Assembly: GCA_024679065.1 (NCBI GenBank)
Contig: JAGIQG010000009.1
Span: 89,962,001-90,026,000 of the forward strand
Origin: Sphyrna mokarran
Taxonomy: Eukaryota
Direction of reading: 5' to 3'
DNA length: 64,000 bases
The translations under genes and the position numbers were made by a program. Under the pieces are notes generated by a model. The model was not told the DNA's origin and ran no database searches. It worked only from the letters and a program-made list of their open reading frames with translations. Shown piece by piece: positions 60,650 to 64,000 of the stretch (position 1 is the stretch's first letter; the number at the start of each line of letters is the position of its first letter).

Positions 60650-61340
60650 TTTCATAGTGCATCAGCATCGCTGGTCAGGCTGGCATCTGATGCTCATTCC
60701 TAATTGCCCTCAAGGTGATAGTGAGCTGCCATCCTAACCATTACCGTTCCTGAGGTACATCCATAGTGCTGTCAGGAGTTCCAAGATTTTAACGCTACAA
60801 CAGACAAAATGATGATATATTTCCAAGTCAGGATGGTATGTGGTTTGAAGGGGAACTTCCAAATGATGATGTTTGTTCCTGTGTCTGCTGCTCATATTGG
60901 TCATAGAGATTGCAGATTTTGAATGTGCTATCAAAGCAGCTTTGGTGAGTTGCTGTGGCATATTTGGTAGATGGTACATATTGCTGCCATTGTGCTTTGG
61001 TAGTAAAGGGACTGAATGTTTGAGGTGGTGGATAGGCTGCCAGTTGGATGGCTTCTTGAGTATTGTTGAAACTGTACCCATCCAGGCAAGTGGGAAGTAT
61101 TGCATCACACTCCTTACTTGTGCCTTGTCAATAGTGGATAGACTTTGTAAATATAGCACCATTCCTTCAATATCACTATGTCAAAATGCTAGAATTCTCC
61201 CCTTAGATTATATATTTTGAGAAAAAGAAGGAGTTACTCCCTGTAAAATTCCCAAGTTTAACCTGCTTTGTAGCTACAGTACTTATATGGCTGGTCCAGT
61301 TCAGTTTCTGGTCAATAGTAAATCCCACAAAATTGAAAGC
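60650..61340 (-). mobile_element. Old non-LTR retrotransposon 3' end
   Basis: TIDQKLNWTSHISTVA and KAQVRSVMQY.PLAWM. Confidence 0.8.
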
Positions 61341-61409
61341 AGGGCAATGATGATTCAGTAACTCCCTGCCTCTGCACTCCCCCAATTCCCTCACCACCCC
61401 ACCACCAAC

Positions 61410-64000
61410 CACCAGGAACATCCTTTCTGCATCTCGCCTGTCTAGACCTGGTGAAATTTTATAGATGAGGTTTCCCCCACCAATCATTTTACTAAACTCC
61501 AGTGAATATAATCATAAGTGACTCAATCCCTCCTCGTATGTTAGTTCTGCCATCCCAGGAATCAGTCCAGTAAACCTTCTCTGCACTCCTTCCATGTGAA
61601 GACTATCCTTCCTCAGATACCGAGACCAAAACTGCGCACAATATTCCATGTGTGGCCTCACCAAGTCCTTGTACGACTGCAGCAAGACATCCTGATACTG
61701 AACTCAAATTCTTTCACTTTGAAAGCCAGCATACCATTTCCCTTTTTCACTGCCTGCTGCACCAGTGCCCCGCAAGGCTATGTCCTCAGCCCCTTACTAC
61801 ATCCTTATACACTTATGACTGTGTGGCAAATTCCCCTCCAACTCCAATTTCAAATTTGCTAATGACAGCACTCAGGTGGGTTGGATCTCAAACAATGATG
61901 AGACAGAGTACAGGAAAGAGATAGAGAATTTAGTGAATTGGTGCGATGACAATAGTCTCTCCCTCAATGTCAACAAAATGAAGGAGATTGTAGGACAAGG
62001 AGATAGTAAGTCATTGAGTTCAAGAAGCATAGTGGAGGAATGCCCCTGTCTATATCAACAAGGATGAAGTGGAAATGCTGGAGAGTTTTTAAGTGTCCAG
62101 ATCACCAACAACCTGTTCTGGTCCCTCCAAACTGATGCAATAGTGAAGCCTATCAAAAGCCTACCAACACCTCTCTCAGAAGGCTCAGGAAGTATGTCCA
62201 CTATAACTCTCACCATCTTTTACAGCTGCATCTTAGAAAGCATTCTTTCTGGTTGTACCACAGCTAGGTATTGCACTTGCTCTGACCAAAACTCTAAGAA
62301 ACTACAAAGGGTTGTGAACGAAGCCCAGTCTATCACACGAACGAGCCTCCCATTCACTGATTCTATCTACACTTCCCGATGCCTTGTAAAAGCAGCCAGT
62401 ATAATCATGGACCCCATGACCTCAGACATATTCTTTTCCACCTTCTTTTGTTCGAAAAAATACAAAAGTCTGAGGTCAACCAACTCAAGAATAGCTTCTT
62501 CCCTGCTACCAGACTTGTCAACGGATCTACCATATATTGTACTGACCTTTCTCGATACCCCAGTTACAACTGCAACACAACATTCTTCATCCTCTCCTTT
62601 CCTTCTCCCCTATATACTCTATGAACATTATATTTTGTCTGTATAGCATGCAAGAAAAAATACTTTTCACTGTAGACAAATATGTGACAATAATAAATCA
62701 AATCTGCATGCTCAGTTTCAGTGACTTGTGTACAAGGACATGCACATCTCCTCTTTTAATTTATAGACATTCTGATAATAATCTGTCATCTGTTTTTGCT
62801 ACCAAAGTGGATAACCTCACCTTTATCCGAATTATACTGCATCTGCCATTTATTTTCCCACTCACTCAACTTATCCAGATCATACTGAAGCATCTCTGCA
62901 TCCATCTCACTGCTCACCATCCCACCCAACTTTGTCTCATCTCCAAATTTTGAGATATTACATTTAGTTCTCTCATCTAACCTACTCTGTTTCCTGTCTG
63001 CCAATCAGTTCGGTCCATCTCACTACCCTGAATCCCATGTACTTTAATTTTACATGCTAATCTTCTATATGAGACTTTGTCAAACACTTTTTTGAAAGTC
63101 CAAATCAACTACATCCACTGGCTCCTCTTCATCAACTCCACTAGTTACTCAAAGAATTCCAGTAAATTTGTCAAGCATGATTTCTTTTTCATAAATCCAT
63201 GGTGACTATGTCCTATTATGTCACTGTTTTCCGTTGTTGTTATTAAATCTTTTATAATGGACTCCAGAAAGCCTTTACTATCAATGTCAGGCTGACCTTT
63301 TTATAATTCCATTTTCTTTCTACCTGCCTTTTTAAAAAATGAGGTTACAATTAGCTACCTTTCTATCTGTAGGAACTGTACCAACATCTATATCATCTTG
63401 GAAGATGGTCACCAATCTCTCCATTATTTCTAGAGCCACTTCCTTCTATATCTGGGTATGTAGATTTTCAGGCCCTGGAGATTTATTAGTAATGGTCCCC
63501 AATCCATTGTAGTCAACTCACATCTCATACTATCGTAGCTTCCTTTATTAAGATTCAGGATCTGAGCCTCAGAATCAATTACATTACTCTTTATCTTGAT
63601 GAAGAATTCCATCATATTATGGTCATTTATCTCCAATGGGTCTTAAACAACTAGGTTGCCAATTATTTTCTCATTACACAGAACCCAGTCAAGAGTGGCA
63701 GTTCTCCTGTTGGTTCCTCAACGTATTAGTTCAAAAAATCATCACATACTATCCAGGAATTCCTCCAAGGTATTGTTACTAATATTGATTTGTCCAATCT
63801 ATATGTAGATTAAAGTCATTCATAATTACAGCTGTTCCTTATCGCGTGTCTCTAATTTCCTGTTCAATGCCACTCCCAACATCATGACTCCAGTTTGGGT
63901 TTATATACAACAGTCACTAATGCTTTTTGCCCCTTGGCATTTCTCAGTTCTACCCATACAGATTCCACATCATCGGACTGAATATCATTCCTTACTGTTA
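61410..64000 (-). mobile_element. Old CR1 LINE interrupted by Rex1
   Basis: ISKFGDETKLGG and NDHNMMEF..LNLNKG.Y relics. Confidence 0.85.
61762..62704 (+). mobile_element. Rex1/Babar LINE 3' part
   Basis: APQGYVLSPLL, LSLNVNKMKE, FYSCILESILSGC; aataaatcaaat tail. Confidence 0.9.

Noticed and set aside
55398-64000. Search for the alpha-1 exon, leader exon or S-X-Y promoter
   Set aside because: None recognised; the region is almost all LINE fragments, so they must lie beyond the window.

Overview
Eukaryotic, repeat-dominated vertebrate DNA, almost certainly from a shark (cartilaginous fish). The only host gene I can support is the 3' half of an MHC class II alpha chain gene on the minus strand. 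Its alpha-2 Ig exon is at 55116-55397, the connecting peptide/TM/cytoplasmic exon at 28204-28351, and a separate 3'UTR exon starts at 24564; the leader and alpha-1 exons lie beyond 64000. The 26.8-kb intron and the flanks are filled with nested transposable elements: young CR1/HER1-type LINEs of three subfamilies, old CR1 and Rex1/Babar fragments, V-SINEs (HE1-like), Penelope-like elements with relic hammerhead motifs, PIF/Harbinger remnants and MITEs, and solo LTRs. Downstream of the gene (1792-12342) is a decayed endogenous retrovirus-like provirus with two LINE insertions. It has a non-canonical Cys-rich env and a reconstructable extra ORF between integrase and env, and is the best candidate for something undescribed. 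Other notable points: a LINE subfamily with a structured 3'UTR containing a captured V-SINE domain; inverted ~2-kb LINE twins bracketing the symmetric 282-nt alpha-2 exon; a diverged second copy of the gene's 3'UTR end; and a Trp-to-Phe change at the Ig-core position. One 100-N gap lies at 41126-41225. All assignments come from reading the sequence; no searches were run, and boundaries of old repeats are approximate.
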